Source: Myxococcota bacterium (GTDB lineage: Bacteria > Myxococcota_A > UBA9160 > UBA4427). From it: a stretch of 64,000 nt of DNA. Position 1 is the stretch's first letter. Each line of letters opens with the position of its first letter. The position numbers were made by a program, and so were the translations under genes. The DNA lies in contig OZ252299.1 of the NCBI GenBank assembly GCA_965250285.1, forward strand, positions 4,896,001-4,960,000, in the 5' to 3' direction. This document shows positions 1 to 14,935 of this stretch, piece after piece. The notes beneath the pieces are model-generated. The model was given only the letters and a program-made list of their open reading frames with translations, made no database searches and was not told where the DNA came from.

Positions 1-435
1 GCTGTAGCGATCCCAGCTCTCGTCGTCGGGCGGTGGTACCTGCCACTCTTCTGCGTGGCGGGCGGCCAACGCGTCGAACTGCGGTCGGTTCAACCAACCG
101 TCGATCAACACGGCCGGGATCGCGATGGAGAGCCCGCAGAGGAGCGCCACTGGATGGGCGCCCGCCTGCATCGCCAACACGATGCCCACACCGAGCAGAA
201 CGAATCGCACGCTGAACAGGGCCAGCCACGGGCCAGACCCCTGCCCACCTCCCCCGAGATACACCCGCGCGCCGCGGATCAGCGCGCCGAAGTTCATGGC
301 CTCGAGGGCTGCGCCGACGGCGAAGCTCGAGGCCACATGGGGCGAGGCGAGCGCGAAGGTCGCAGCAATCGCGCCTGCGCTCAACGTCAGATTCAGTCTT
401 TCGACGCGTTCCAACTTCATGGCCATCTTCGCCAT
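1..435 (-). CDS. atpI: ATP synthase subunit I-like membrane protein (3' end outside window)
   Basis: Not in the ORF track. Manual translation from ATG 435/426/420 gives MAKMAMKLERVERLNLTLSAGAIAA..., with several hydrophobic segments and an open frame to base 1; directly downstream of the AtpZ-like gene. Confidence 0.65.
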   Translation of the reverse strand, partial: MAKMAMKLERVERLNLTLSAGAIAATFALASPHVASSFAVGAALEAMNFGALIRGARVYLGGGGQGSGPWLALFSVRFVLLGVGIVLAMQAGAHPVALLCGLSIAIPAVLIDGWLNRPQFDALAARHAEEWQVPPPDDESWDRYS

Positions 436-471
436 CGCCGGCCCGCCCTGCCGCCGCGGATCACCCTCGAA

Positions 472-825
472 TCAGCGATCCGTCGGGTCGTCGTCCGCGG
501 TCTCGGTGGGCCGATCATCGTCGTCGGAAGCACGTCGATCGGTGCCGCCGAGTATCGTTTCCCTGTCTTCCGACCGCTCCGCAACCGACCGTTGCGGCTC
601 GGTTTGTGCCTCGTCGGCCGCCTCGTCGACGAGCTCACGCATGCGCCACAGGCGCAGCACGAACGCCGCGAAACCGACGACGGCGCCGATGATCAGCCCG
701 ACCGGCTCGGTCTCGAGCACGCGGTCGGCCATGTAGCCGATGCCGATCGCGATCGGAATCGCGAGGATCGCCTCCATCGCGCCCTGATAGGCGGCGCTCG
801 CCTTCGAGGTCGCTGCGCGCGACAT
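472..825 (-). CDS. AtpZ/AtpI family protein (F0F1 'gene 1' type)
   Basis: Two TM helices, IAIGIGYMADRVLETEPVGLIIGAVVGFAA, matching the G-Y-x-x-D...P..G pattern of the family; ATG at 825. Confidence 0.75.
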   Translation of the reverse strand: MSRAATSKASAAYQGAMEAILAIPIAIGIGYMADRVLETEPVGLIIGAVVGFAAFVLRLWRMRELVDEAADEAQTEPQRSVAERSEDRETILGGTDRRASDDDDRPTETADDDPTDR

Positions 826-1085
826 GCGCTCGGGCACCAGGCGCGGTCCGCGCGATCGCGGTCTGTCCGGTTGTCGATCGACCGTGGCGGGCTCCCCGAG
901 CCGGTACCGGCGGCTGCGAGGTCGAGGCCTCGCCCGGCGGCGACCGGCCAGCTGATTTCCTCAACGATCCCGCGTAGATGAGGCTGCCAGAGGCCGGCGC
1001 AGCATAGCCGACGGCCAGCGCTGCCTCAACGCGCGCGCTGCCGTTCGGCCGACGCGGTCTGTCGGTGAAGGCGCGCCCGCGGCGC

Positions 1086-2381
1086 TCAGCTCGAGCGCGC
1101 CGCCAGCGCGAAGCTCTCGCGCGCCGCGGCGAGCGTACGGGCGATGTCGCGATCGGTGTGCGAAAGCGAGACGAACCCCGCCTCGAAAGCCGACGGCGCG
1201 AGATACACGCCGCGATCGAGCATCGCCGCAAAGAACGTCTTGAACCGGTCGATGTCGGCGGCCTGGGCGTCGTCGAAGTCTTCGACGGGACCGGGATGAA
1301 AGAAGAAGCCCCACATGCCGCCGATCGCGCGGGCGCTGAGGGCGATCTCGGCCTCGGCCGCAGCGTCGACGAAACCGTCCGCGAGCGTACGGGTCAGCTT
1401 CTGCAACCGGGGGTAGACGCCCGGCTCAGCCAGCCGCGTGAGCGTCTCGAGCCCTGCGGCCATCGCGAGCGGATTGCCCGAGAGCGTGCCGGCCTGATAG
1501 ACGTCGCCTTCCGGCGCGATTCGCTCCATCAGATCGGAGCGACCGCCGTAGGCGGCGGCCGGCAAACCGCCACCGACGACCTTGCCGAGGCACGTGAGGT
1601 CGGGCGTGATCTTGAAGAGGCGCTGCGCGCCCCCTCGGGCGACCCGAAACCCCGTCATCACCTCGTCGAGGATCAGCAACGCGCCCTGTTCGTCGCAGAG
1701 CGCGCGCAGACCTTCGAGGAAGCCCTCGACGGGCGGAATGCACCCCATGTTGCCCGCAATGGGCTCGACGATCACGCAGGCGATCTCGCCGGGCCATTTG
1801 GCGAACGCGTTCGCAACGGCCTCGAGATCGTTGAACGGCGCCTGCACCGTCAGCTCTGTCATCGCCTTGGGCACACCGGGCGAGCCGGGGATGCCGAGCG
1901 TGGCCACACCGCTGCCGGCGCCGACGAGCAGCCCGTCGCTATGGCCGTGATAGCAACCGTCGAATTTGAGCACGCGGTCGCGACCCGTCACGCCGCGGGC
2001 GAGGCGAATCGCTGACATCGTCGCCTCGGTGCCCGATGAAACGAACCGGACCTTCTCGACGCTGGGGAGCGCCTTCGTCACGGCCGCGGCCAGTCGCGTC
2101 TCGATCTCGGTCGGGGCGCCGAAGCTGGTGCCGTTCTTCATGACGTCGCGAATCGCGCGCAGCACGCCCGAGTCGGCATGGCCGAGGATCATCGGCCCCC
2201 AGCTGCCGACGTAGTCGACATACGTGTGCCCGTCGGCATCGGTGATCTTGCTGCCCTTGGCCCTCTCGATGAAGGGGGGCGTGCCGCCCACCGAGCCGTA
2301 CGCCCGGACAGGGCTGTTGACGCCGCCGGGGATCAGCTTCTTCGCGCGGTTGAAGAGCTGCTTCGATCGTCTCTGATTCAT
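1086..2381 (-). CDS. hemL: glutamate-1-semialdehyde 2,1-aminomutase
   Basis: IPGGVNSPVRA, SSGTEATMSAIRLARG, DEVMTGFR, GKVVGGGLP, AGTLSGNP; ATG at 2381 (MNQRRSK). Confidence 0.97.
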   Translation of the reverse strand: MNQRRSKQLFNRAKKLIPGGVNSPVRAYGSVGGTPPFIERAKGSKITDADGHTYVDYVGSWGPMILGHADSGVLRAIRDVMKNGTSFGAPTEIETRLAAAVTKALPSVEKVRFVSSGTEATMSAIRLARGVTGRDRVLKFDGCYHGHSDGLLVGAGSGVATLGIPGSPGVPKAMTELTVQAPFNDLEAVANAFAKWPGEIACVIVEPIAGNMGCIPPVEGFLEGLRALCDEQGALLILDEVMTGFRVARGGAQRLFKITPDLTCLGKVVGGGLPAAAYGGRSDLMERIAPEGDVYQAGTLSGNPLAMAAGLETLTRLAEPGVYPRLQKLTRTLADGFVDAAAEAEIALSARAIGGMWGFFFHPGPVEDFDDAQAADIDRFKTFFAAMLDRGVYLAPSAFEAGFVSLSHTDRDIARTLAAARESFALAARSS

Positions 2382-2458
2382 CGCGGGGGGTCTCGAGGCA
2401 ACCTGCGGTGGCAGCCGGTTCGGGTCGGGGGTGGGCTTCGGCCTTCTCGGACCGATGC

Positions 2459-4978
<2,520 letters not shown>

Positions 4979-5063
4979 GGGTCCTCCTTCCTGGTTCTTC
5001 GGCGGGCCGCGGGATCGCGCGCGCACCGGTCGACGGCGACGGCTTACGCCGCGCGCCGTTGGA

Positions 5064-7670
<2,607 letters not shown>

Positions 7671-7705
7671 TCAGGGAGTCGGACCCCGTTTTCCGCCCGG
7701 CCCGC

Positions 7706-8818
7706 TCAGATCCGCATCGGCATGACCACGGCGAGGGTGTCGGGGTCGTCGGTCGGCGTCACTCGGGCGGGGCTCAGATCGTCCTGGAACGACAAGGTGA
7801 CCTCCTTGCCATGGGTCGCCGTGAGCGCGTCCTGGAGGTACTTCGCATTGAACCCGATCGAGAGCGCCTCGCCGCCGTACTCGACGTCGAGCTCTTCGCG
7901 GGCATCGCCGAGATCGGGATTGTTCGACGAGATCACGAGCTGCGAGTCACCGAGTTCGAGCTTCACGGCGCGGCTGCGCTCGCTCGAGAGCAGGGCGACG
8001 CGACGCACAGATCGGGCCAGCTCCTCGACCGGCAGCGTGAGCGAGGTCTTCTGGTCGGCCGGAATGACCTGGCGATAGTTCGGAAACTCGCCCTCGATCA
8101 GCCGCATCACGAGGGTCACGTCCCCCTTGCGGGCGAGTCCGTTGTTGCCCTCGAACGCAAGCTCGATCTCGTCGGCGTCGTCCTCGTCGACGAGGCGCTT
8201 GAGCTCAGCCAGACCCTTGCGGGGGATGATCACCCCACTCGAAAGGCCCTCGACCTCACTCGTGAGGTTGCGGTCGACGAGCGCAAGGCGATGGCCGTCG
8301 GTCGCCGCCATGCGGATCTTGCCCGAATCCTCGAGCACCTCGAGGTAGACGCCGTTGAGGTTGTACCGGGTCTCGTCTGCAGAGGCGGCGTACATCGTGC
8401 GCTCGATCATCGAGCCCAGGACGGCCGATTGAACCGGCACCGTCTTCTCGGGCGCGAAGACCGGCAGCGTCGGGTACTCCTCGGCGGAGGTGCCGGCGAG
8501 GGTGAATCGGGCCCGGGCGCACTGGATCTCGAGGTACGAGTTGGCGGTTGCTTCGAGGGTGACCGCGTCGTCGGGCAGCTCGCGCACGATCTCGAAGAAT
8601 TTCTTGGCCGAGACGGTGAGACCGCCGGCCTGACTGATCTCGGCTTCGTGGGCCCCCCGAATGCCGACCTCGAGGTCGGTCGCTGCGATCTCGAGCTTCC
8701 CGTCGTTGGCCTCGAGCAGTGCGTTCGCGAGGATCGGCATCGAGTTTCGCTTCTCGACGATCGACTGGATGCGCGCAAGACCTCGTTGCAGCTCGGCTTT
8801 GGCGATCGTGAGTTTCAT
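7706..8818 (-). CDS. dnaN: DNA polymerase III beta sliding clamp
   Basis: ATDLEV, RYNLNGVY, ATDGHRLA, GFNAKYL, C-terminal VVMPMRI. Confidence 0.97.
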   Translation of the reverse strand: MKLTIAKAELQRGLARIQSIVEKRNSMPILANALLEANDGKLEIAATDLEVGIRGAHEAEISQAGGLTVSAKKFFEIVRELPDDAVTLEATANSYLEIQCARARFTLAGTSAEEYPTLPVFAPEKTVPVQSAVLGSMIERTMYAASADETRYNLNGVYLEVLEDSGKIRMAATDGHRLALVDRNLTSEVEGLSSGVIIPRKGLAELKRLVDEDDADEIELAFEGNNGLARKGDVTLVMRLIEGEFPNYRQVIPADQKTSLTLPVEELARSVRRVALLSSERSRAVKLELGDSQLVISSNNPDLGDAREELDVEYGGEALSIGFNAKYLQDALTATHGKEVTLSFQDDLSPARVTPTDDPDTLAVVMPMRI

Positions 8819-8833
8819 CCCGAAGCTCTTCCC

Positions 8834-8878
8834 ATATTGAATGGATTTTTAGTTTTAGTAGCAGTAGCGTTTACGAAG
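8834..8878. other. putative oriC unwinding element (AT-rich tract plus DnaA-trio-like repeats)
   Basis: 8834-8860 is 22/27 A+T in a GC-rich window; in-register TAG TTT TAG TAG CAG TAG at 8850-8867; immediately upstream of dnaN; gene orientation diverges here; parS/parAB 4-7 kb away. Confidence 0.6.
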
Positions 8879-9457
8879 CCCGACAAATCCCAGTCAACTC
8901 ACCGGAATTCCAGCACTTTCGCGTGCGTCGGGAAGTGTCCGGGCTCCGTCCCCCACCGCCTTCGGACGACATCGCGCCCCGAGTCGCAGGACAGGGGCGC
9001 GTCGATTTGTCGCGATCTTACCATGCGGGGTGCGCCTTCGGGCCTCGGCAGGGCGGGAAACGCCCGAAACGCAGAGGCTTTTCGCGCCGCCGTCACGCCG
9101 GCGGGGATGGCAGGGGCCACCCCTGGTCGCTACTCTGCGCCGCCTCGTGAACGCGGGGGGTCCTGTCCTTCGGCGTTCTCAGCTGCGCCACATTCACATC
9201 ATCAGATCGAGCCCGACCGCCTTTCCAAACCAGGCCGTCATCCCGGGCCATGATCTCGTAACGCGGTTTCGCGACCGTTCGGCCCCCACTTCGGGCCCCG
9301 GCGCCACCGCCGCACCCCATCCGATGCCGCGATGCGCGGTGGGGAGCCGCTTCGGCGGTCCCATCGGCCGAGCGAGCCGGCGCCCGCGCTGTGACGCGGG
9401 CCCGAATTCGCCGCTGCTCGGCACGGCACGCGACACGGACGGAGGGGAGAGGGAAAG

Positions 9458-9607
9458 ATGAAGAGGACCTATCAGCCGAGCCGCATCAAGCGCCTCCGCA
9501 AGCACGGCTTTCGCAGTCGAATGAAGACGAAGGCCGGTCGCGCGATCTTGAAGCGACGGCGCGCGAAGGGTCGCAAGCGGCTCGCAGCGACGGTTCCCTC
9601 CAAGTAG
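9458..9607 (+). CDS. rpmH: 50S ribosomal protein L34
   Basis: Manual translation [49 protein letters not shown] (below ORF-track cutoff); strong RBS. Confidence 0.97.
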   Translation: MKRTYQPSRIKRLRKHGFRSRMKTKAGRAILKRRRAKGRKRLAATVPSK

Positions 9608-9609
9608 TC

Positions 9610-10011
9610 ATGACGACGCGGACCGGCCGGTTTCGACGGTCGGACCGGGTGCGGCAGGGGATCGACTACCGCCGCATCTCGCGCACGGCTGCTCGTCACG
9701 GATCTCGTGAGTTCGTCGTTCTGGTGGCTCCTCTGGGCCCCGACTGCGAAACCGATCCCGCACAGCCTTCGCGACGTCTCGGGCTCACGGTCAGCCGCAA
9801 GGTCGGGAATGCCGTGGCGAGAAATCATGTGAAGCGACGAGTGCGCGAGTGGTTTCGGGCCGAGCGCGAAGCGCTCCCCGAGAACGTCGACGTGGTCGTG
9901 ATCGCGAAGCCCGGCGCCGCCGAGCTCGACAGCGATGGGGTGCGCGCATCGCTTCGCAAGGCGCTCGCGTCGAAGCCCCGACGCAGTCGGGGGCGAGGTC
10001 GCCATGCCTGA
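9610..10011 (+). CDS. rnpA: ribonuclease P protein component
   Basis: [25 protein letters not shown]; follows rpmH. Confidence 0.93.
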   Translation: MTTRTGRFRRSDRVRQGIDYRRISRTAARHGSREFVVLVAPLGPDCETDPAQPSRRLGLTVSRKVGNAVARNHVKRRVREWFRAEREALPENVDVVVIAKPGAAELDSDGVRASLRKALASKPRRSRGRGRHA

Positions 10012-10300
10012 CGCCATGACGCTCGAGGCTCGTTCGCCGCGGCCCGGCGAGACCGAATGGCGTCGTCGCCTGCGCTCGGTCTTCCAGTGGCCGGCGCGAC
10101 TCGCGATGGGTTTGATTCGTCTCTATCAGGCGACGCTGTCGCGGGCGTTGGGTTCGCGCTGCCGCTTCCACCCGAGCTGCTCGCAGTACACCCATGACGC
10201 GATGGGTCGCTATGGCCTGGTGCGCGGCGCCTGGCTCGGCGCGCGCCGCATTGGTCGTTGTCACCCCTTCCACGACGGCGGCTTCGACCCCGTTCCCTGA
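10004..10300 (+). CDS. yidD: membrane protein insertion efficiency factor
   Basis: [10 protein letters not shown]...[17 protein letters not shown]. Confidence 0.93.
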   Translation: MPDAMTLEARSPRPGETEWRRRLRSVFQWPARLAMGLIRLYQATLSRALGSRCRFHPSCSQYTHDAMGRYGLVRGAWLGARRIGRCHPFHDGGFDPVP

Positions 10301-10313
10301 GGATCAAAGACCC

Positions 10314-12059
10314 TTGGACCGAAACCTGATCCTCGCCGTCGCCCTGTCGATGCTGGTGCTCATCAGCTGGACGGCGCTCCAGGCCTCGTTCGCGCCGCCG
10401 CCCGACGAGACGGTGGTCGAGGAGACGAGCGTCGAAGAGGGCGCCGTCGCCGATCGCGATGAGGCTGCCGAGCCCGGTGATGCGGTTGAGCCGCCGACCG
10501 CGAGCGCGGCCGCCGAAGCGGCCGATTCGCCGGCCCCGAGCGACTCGGCGAACACGTTCGCAGATCGAAAAGTCATTGAAACACGAGATGTTGCACCATG
10601 GACCCGGGATCTCGACAGCCCGCTCGTGCACGCCCGTCTGAACAACCGGGGCGCGACCTTCGATCGCTGGGAACTCAAGGACTACACCGCGAGCGCCAGC
10701 GTCGAACGACCCATCGAGCTGATCGAGCAGGGCGCGCCCTACGACATCGTGCTCGCGACGCCGTTCGAAGAGCTCGGCTTCGGCGACCTGAGCGCCGAGC
10801 GCTGGGAGGTCGTCTCAGACGCCCCCGATGCCGTGACGTTCGCGCTCGAGCGCGGCGGTGTTCGCCTCTTCAAGACCTTCCGCCGGGCGGCCAACGACTA
10901 CGGGTTCCACCTCGACATCCGCGTCGAGAACCAGACCGGGCGCGTCATTACGCCCGAGTTCGGCCTGGTCTGGCCGGCGGTGCTCGGTGAATCGGACGAG
11001 TCGGCGCAGCTCTCTCTGATCGTGCTCGACAATGACGACGTCACCCGCGAGCTGGTCTCGGGGCTCGGCGGCAGCGGTTTCCTCGGTGGCTTGTTCGGCG
11101 GGGGCGACGACGAGGGGCCGCCGCGCTTCGAAGGCGTGCGCTGGGCCGGGACCGACCTCAAGTACTTCGCCGGTCTCGTGGTGCCGCCGAAGGGCGTCGG
11201 CTCGGAGGTCGTGTTCGAGACGATCGATCCCGGCAAGGTCGGCGAGATGCGCATGCACCTCGAGCCGTCGGTGATCGATCCGGGCCTCTCGGCGACGCGA
11301 TCGTTCTTCGTGTTTCTCGGCCCGAAGGAGCCGCCGCTGCTCGAGGCGCTCGGGTATCAGCTGACCGAGTCGATCGATCGCGGTTGGTCGTGGGTCTCGC
11401 CGCTCGCCGCGTTCTTCGAGCGGGCGCTGCACTTCCTGTATCGCTTCATCCCGAACTACGGGGTCGTGATCATCCTGCTGACGGTCCTCGTGCGACTCGC
11501 CACCTGGCCGATCATGTCGCGGCAGATGAAGAGCGCCGAGAAGATGCGCGAGGTGATGCCGCGGCTGAAGGAGATTCAGGAGAAGTACAAGGACGATCGT
11601 CAGAAGCAGAGCGAAGAGACGTTCAAGCTCTACCGCGAAGAGGGCGTGAACCCGCTCGCGGGCTGCTTCCCCTTGCTGCTCCAGATGCCGGTCTTCATCG
11701 GCCTCTTCTATGCGCTGCAGAGCTCGATCGATCTGCGGCACGCGCCGTTCATGCTGTGGATCAATGATCTGTCGCAGCCGGCGACCCTGTTCTACCTGCC
11801 GGGGCTCGACTTCCCCGTTCGACTGCTGCCGATCCTGATGGGCGCGAGCATGTTCGCCCAACAGAAGATGACGCCGCAGACGGGCATGGATCCGGCTCAG
11901 CAACAGATGATGCTCATCATGATGCCCGGCATGATGCTCTTCATCTCATACACCTTTCCTTCCGGGCTCGTCCTCTACTGGACCGTCAGCAATCTGCTCG
12001 GCATCGGCCACCAGCTCTGGGTGCGTCGGAACATGCAGAAGAAGGAAGCGACGGCCTGA
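10314..12059 (+). CDS. yidC: membrane protein insertase YidC
   Basis: N-terminal TM, periplasmic domain, NYGVVIILLTVLVR, GVNPLAGCFPLLLQMP, PSGLVLYW; TTG start. Confidence 0.95.
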   Translation: MDRNLILAVALSMLVLISWTALQASFAPPPDETVVEETSVEEGAVADRDEAAEPGDAVEPPTASAAAEAADSPAPSDSANTFADRKVIETRDVAPWTRDLDSPLVHARLNNRGATFDRWELKDYTASASVERPIELIEQGAPYDIVLATPFEELGFGDLSAERWEVVSDAPDAVTFALERGGVRLFKTFRRAANDYGFHLDIRVENQTGRVITPEFGLVWPAVLGESDESAQLSLIVLDNDDVTRELVSGLGGSGFLGGLFGGGDDEGPPRFEGVRWAGTDLKYFAGLVVPPKGVGSEVVFETIDPGKVGEMRMHLEPSVIDPGLSATRSFFVFLGPKEPPLLEALGYQLTESIDRGWSWVSPLAAFFERALHFLYRFIPNYGVVIILLTVLVRLATWPIMSRQMKSAEKMREVMPRLKEIQEKYKDDRQKQSEETFKLYREEGVNPLAGCFPLLLQMPVFIGLFYALQSSIDLRHAPFMLWINDLSQPATLFYLPGLDFPVRLLPILMGASMFAQQKMTPQTGMDPAQQQMMLIMMPGMMLFISYTFPSGLVLYWTVSNLLGIGHQLWVRRNMQKKEATA

Positions 12060-12115
12060 GGACGCCTGGCGCGGCGCCCACACGATTCGTGCGCGCCGAC
12101 AACACGGAGTGAGTG

Positions 12116-13000
12116 ATGTACGACAGAAAGAACGAAGCGAACGAGTTCGTGGCGGACACCGTTGAAGAGGCCAAGGCCGATGCGGCGCGCTTCTACGACA
12201 TGGATCAGGAAGAGCTTCGCATCGCCGAAGCCCCGGCCGGTGAGATCTACGGGCTGGGTGGACGCGCCGCGATCGTGGCGATCCCGAAGAATGCAAAGCC
12301 GCCGACACCGTCGCGTGACGGTGGCGATGGGGGTGGCCGAGGCCGCGACCGCGGCGAGCGACGCGAGCGGGGCGGGCGAGGCGACCGCGGTGGCCGGGGT
12401 CGACGCGACCGGGGCGATCGCGGTGACCGGGGCGAGCGGCGCGAGAGCCGCTCGGAGGCCCCGGCGCCCGAAGCCGGTCCTTTAGGCAAGGCGACGCGAT
12501 CGGGCGAGGTCGGCGTCGTCGGTGAGTTCGTGGCCGGGGTGATGGAGCGGCTGCGCATTGGCGACCTCGACGTGTCGGAGACGCGGGAGGGCGACATGCT
12601 CGTCATCCAGATCGGTGGGGATGCGGTGAAAAACCTACACTCCAACGATGCCCGCGCGACGGACGCACTGCAGCTTCTGGCCGCACAGGCCGCCAAGCAG
12701 GCCGACGACGACGCTCCGCGCGTGGTCATCGAGATCGAAGGGGAGTCGGATGACCGCGAGGACTCGCTGAAGGAGCTCGCCGCGCGTGCATTGAAGCGAG
12801 CTCGTTCGACGGAGCGCAGCATCGCGCTCGATCCGATGAGCCCGCGCGACCGCCGCGTCATTCATCTCGCTGTGCGCGATGAGGAAGGCGTGGCCACGAT
12901 GTCGATCGGCAGTGGCCGCTTCCGCCAGGTGCTCGTGGTTCCCGAAGGCGCGCGCGAGTACGAAGAGGCGCTCGAGTCCGGGGAGGGTGGCGCGGGCTGA
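12116..13000 (+). CDS. jag: Jag/EloR (KhpB) RNA-binding protein, Jag_N-KH-like-R3H
   Basis: Jag_N (ADTVEEAK), RG-rich linker, R3H (PMSPRDRRVIH); conserved position after yidC. Confidence 0.85.
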   Translation: MYDRKNEANEFVADTVEEAKADAARFYDMDQEELRIAEAPAGEIYGLGGRAAIVAIPKNAKPPTPSRDGGDGGGRGRDRGERRERGGRGDRGGRGRRDRGDRGDRGERRESRSEAPAPEAGPLGKATRSGEVGVVGEFVAGVMERLRIGDLDVSETREGDMLVIQIGGDAVKNLHSNDARATDALQLLAAQAAKQADDDAPRVVIEIEGESDDREDSLKELAARALKRARSTERSIALDPMSPRDRRVIHLAVRDEEGVATMSIGSGRFRQVLVVPEGAREYEEALESGEGGAG

Positions 13001-13025
13001 CGCGCGACCCAGACGACGGGATTCG

Positions 13026-13063
13026 AAGGGGCGGGGCGCGCGAGCGCTCCGCCCCTTGTCTTT
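13026..13063 (+). terminator. intrinsic terminator-like hairpin after jag
   Basis: AAGGGGCGGGGCGC-GCGA-GCGCTCCGCCCCTT followed by GTCTTT. Confidence 0.6.
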
Positions 13064-13118
13064 GGGGCTTCGCACGTCGGCCGAGGGGGCCGCCGGTGCG
13101 ACGCGGGCGGCCGTCGTC

Positions 13119-13134
13119 CGTTCCACGTGGAACG
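13119..13134. other. parS: parS centromere site 1
   Basis: Perfect 16-bp palindrome CGTTCCACGTGGAACG matching the parS consensus; about 0.9 kb upstream of parA. Confidence 0.92.
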
Positions 13135-13156
13135 CGTCGCTCTGGCTGCCATGCTC

Positions 13157-13172
13157 CGTTCCACGTGGAACG
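13157..13172. other. parS: parS centromere site 2
   Basis: Second identical CGTTCCACGTGGAACG, 38 bp after the first. Confidence 0.92.
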
Positions 13173-13256
13173 CGTCCAGCATGGGCCTGGCGGCTCCCGC
13201 TCACTCGGGGCATGGTCCGCCCGACCTGGCCTCTCCATCGGCCCAGGGAGTCGATA

Positions 13257-13907
13257 TTGACCGCCGATCCGGAAATCGAAGCGCTCCTGAACGGCGCGCT
13301 CGAGCAGGCCAGCGTTGGGACTACGCCGGTCGCCGTGGCCCAGCTCTGCGCATTTGCCGGGTTGGTCGAGCAGTGGGGCGCGCGGATGAACCTGAGTGGC
13401 CATCGATCAGCTCGGTCGATCGCCGAGGCGCTGATCGCGGACTCGATCGGATTGCTCGCTCAGCTCGAGCAGGCCCTGGGAAGCCGATTGACCGGGCACG
13501 TGGTCGATCTGGGCTCCGGCGCGGGCTTCCCCGGAATGCCGATCGCGATCCTGCGACCCGAGGCCCACTTCAGCCTCGTCGAGGCGAGAGAGAAGCGGCA
13601 TCTCTTTCAGCGCGCCGCGATTCGAGAGCTCGGGCTCTCCCGCGTCGAAGCCGTGCGGGGCCGGATCGAAGACGTTGCGACCGCGCCCGCACAGGTCGTC
13701 ATGGGTCAGGCCGTCGGGCCCATCGAGCAGGTCATCGACTGGATGCGGCCCTATCTGGCGCCGGGCGGTACCGCCGCCGTGCCGGGTGGCGATGATCTCG
13801 AAAATCCGGCCTCAGCTGAAGATCTCCGGCCGCGGATCATCGAGTATCGCTCGCCGCTGCTGAACCAGCCCCGTCGACTCTGGCTCGGCCACCTCGGCTC
13901 TGCCTGA
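13257..13907 (+). CDS. rsmG: 16S rRNA m7G527 methyltransferase
   Basis: WGARMNLSG, VVDLGSGAGFPGMPIAI; TTG start after AGGGAG; precedes parA. Confidence 0.9.
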   Translation: MTADPEIEALLNGALEQASVGTTPVAVAQLCAFAGLVEQWGARMNLSGHRSARSIAEALIADSIGLLAQLEQALGSRLTGHVVDLGSGAGFPGMPIAILRPEAHFSLVEAREKRHLFQRAAIRELGLSRVEAVRGRIEDVATAPAQVVMGQAVGPIEQVIDWMRPYLAPGGTAAVPGGDDLENPASAEDLRPRIIEYRSPLLNQPRRLWLGHLGSA

Positions 13908-14011
13908 AACAAGCCTGAGCGTCGCCTCGCCGACCAGCTGCTCGGCAGCCCACTCGCCAAGCTGGGCGCGGGAGCCCGCCTGTGGTACCTCTCGCCAGGC
14001 CTGGGGGGTGC

Positions 14012-14935
14012 ATGTCGAAGGCCAGCCACGTCATTGCGGTCGTCAATCAGAAGGGCGGCGTCGGGAAGACCACCTCGGCCGTCAATCTGGCCGCCTGTTT
14101 CGCCGCGACCGAGCGGCGAACCCTCTTGATCGATCTGGACCCCCAGGGGAACGCGAGCAGTGCCTTTGGCATTGTGAATTCACCACATCATGTCTATCAC
14201 GTGCTGATCGGCGAGGCGTCGATCGAGGACGTCGCGATTCGTTCGGCCATCGAGTACCTCGACGTGCTGCCGGCGGGCCCCGATCTCGTCGGCGCAGAGA
14301 TCGAGCTCGTCTCGGCCGTGGCCCGCGAGCAGAAGCTCGCCCAGGCCATTGCCCGAGCACACGACCGGTACGAGCTCGTCGTGATCGACTGCCCGCCCTC
14401 GCTCGGCCTGCTGACCCTGAACGCGCTCACCGCTGCAAAATCGCTACTGATTCCGTTGCAATGTGAGTATTACGCGCTCGAGGGTCTCGCGCGTCTCACC
14501 GAGACGACCGAGCTCGTGCGCGAGAACTTGAATCCTTCTCTGCAACTGCTCGGCATCGTCCTGACGATGGTCGACATGCGCAACAACCTCGCGCGCCAGG
14601 TCGAAGCCGAGGTGCGGCGGCACTTCGGTGACAAGGTCTATCGCACGCGCATCCCGCGGAACGTGCGGCTCAGCGAGGCGCCGAGTCATGGCAAGCCGAT
14701 CATCCTCTATGACATCCATTCGAAGGGTGCAGTGGCGTACCTGAAGCTCGCCGAAGAGATCCTCCAGAAGGCTCCGTTTGCTGCTTCGATCAACGCAGCG
14801 CTACCGAGCACAGAGACACCGGCCGGTGAAGCAGTGCCGCCGGGCGCTACGGCCCTCGCAGCGACGTCGGTGCTGGACGCGTTCGACGTCGAGCCGACCG
14901 ACATCGACGAAGACGAACGAGGAGCGGCCGAATGA
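14012..14935 (+). CDS. parA: chromosome partitioning ATPase ParA/Soj
   Basis: NQKGGVGKTT, DLDPQGNA, IDCPPSLG, IPRNVRLSEAPSHG; acidic C-terminal extension. Confidence 0.95.
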   Translation: MSKASHVIAVVNQKGGVGKTTSAVNLAACFAATERRTLLIDLDPQGNASSAFGIVNSPHHVYHVLIGEASIEDVAIRSAIEYLDVLPAGPDLVGAEIELVSAVAREQKLAQAIARAHDRYELVVIDCPPSLGLLTLNALTAAKSLLIPLQCEYYALEGLARLTETTELVRENLNPSLQLLGIVLTMVDMRNNLARQVEAEVRRHFGDKVYRTRIPRNVRLSEAPSHGKPIILYDIHSKGAVAYLKLAEEILQKAPFAASINAALPSTETPAGEAVPPGATALAATSVLDAFDVEPTDIDEDERGAAE

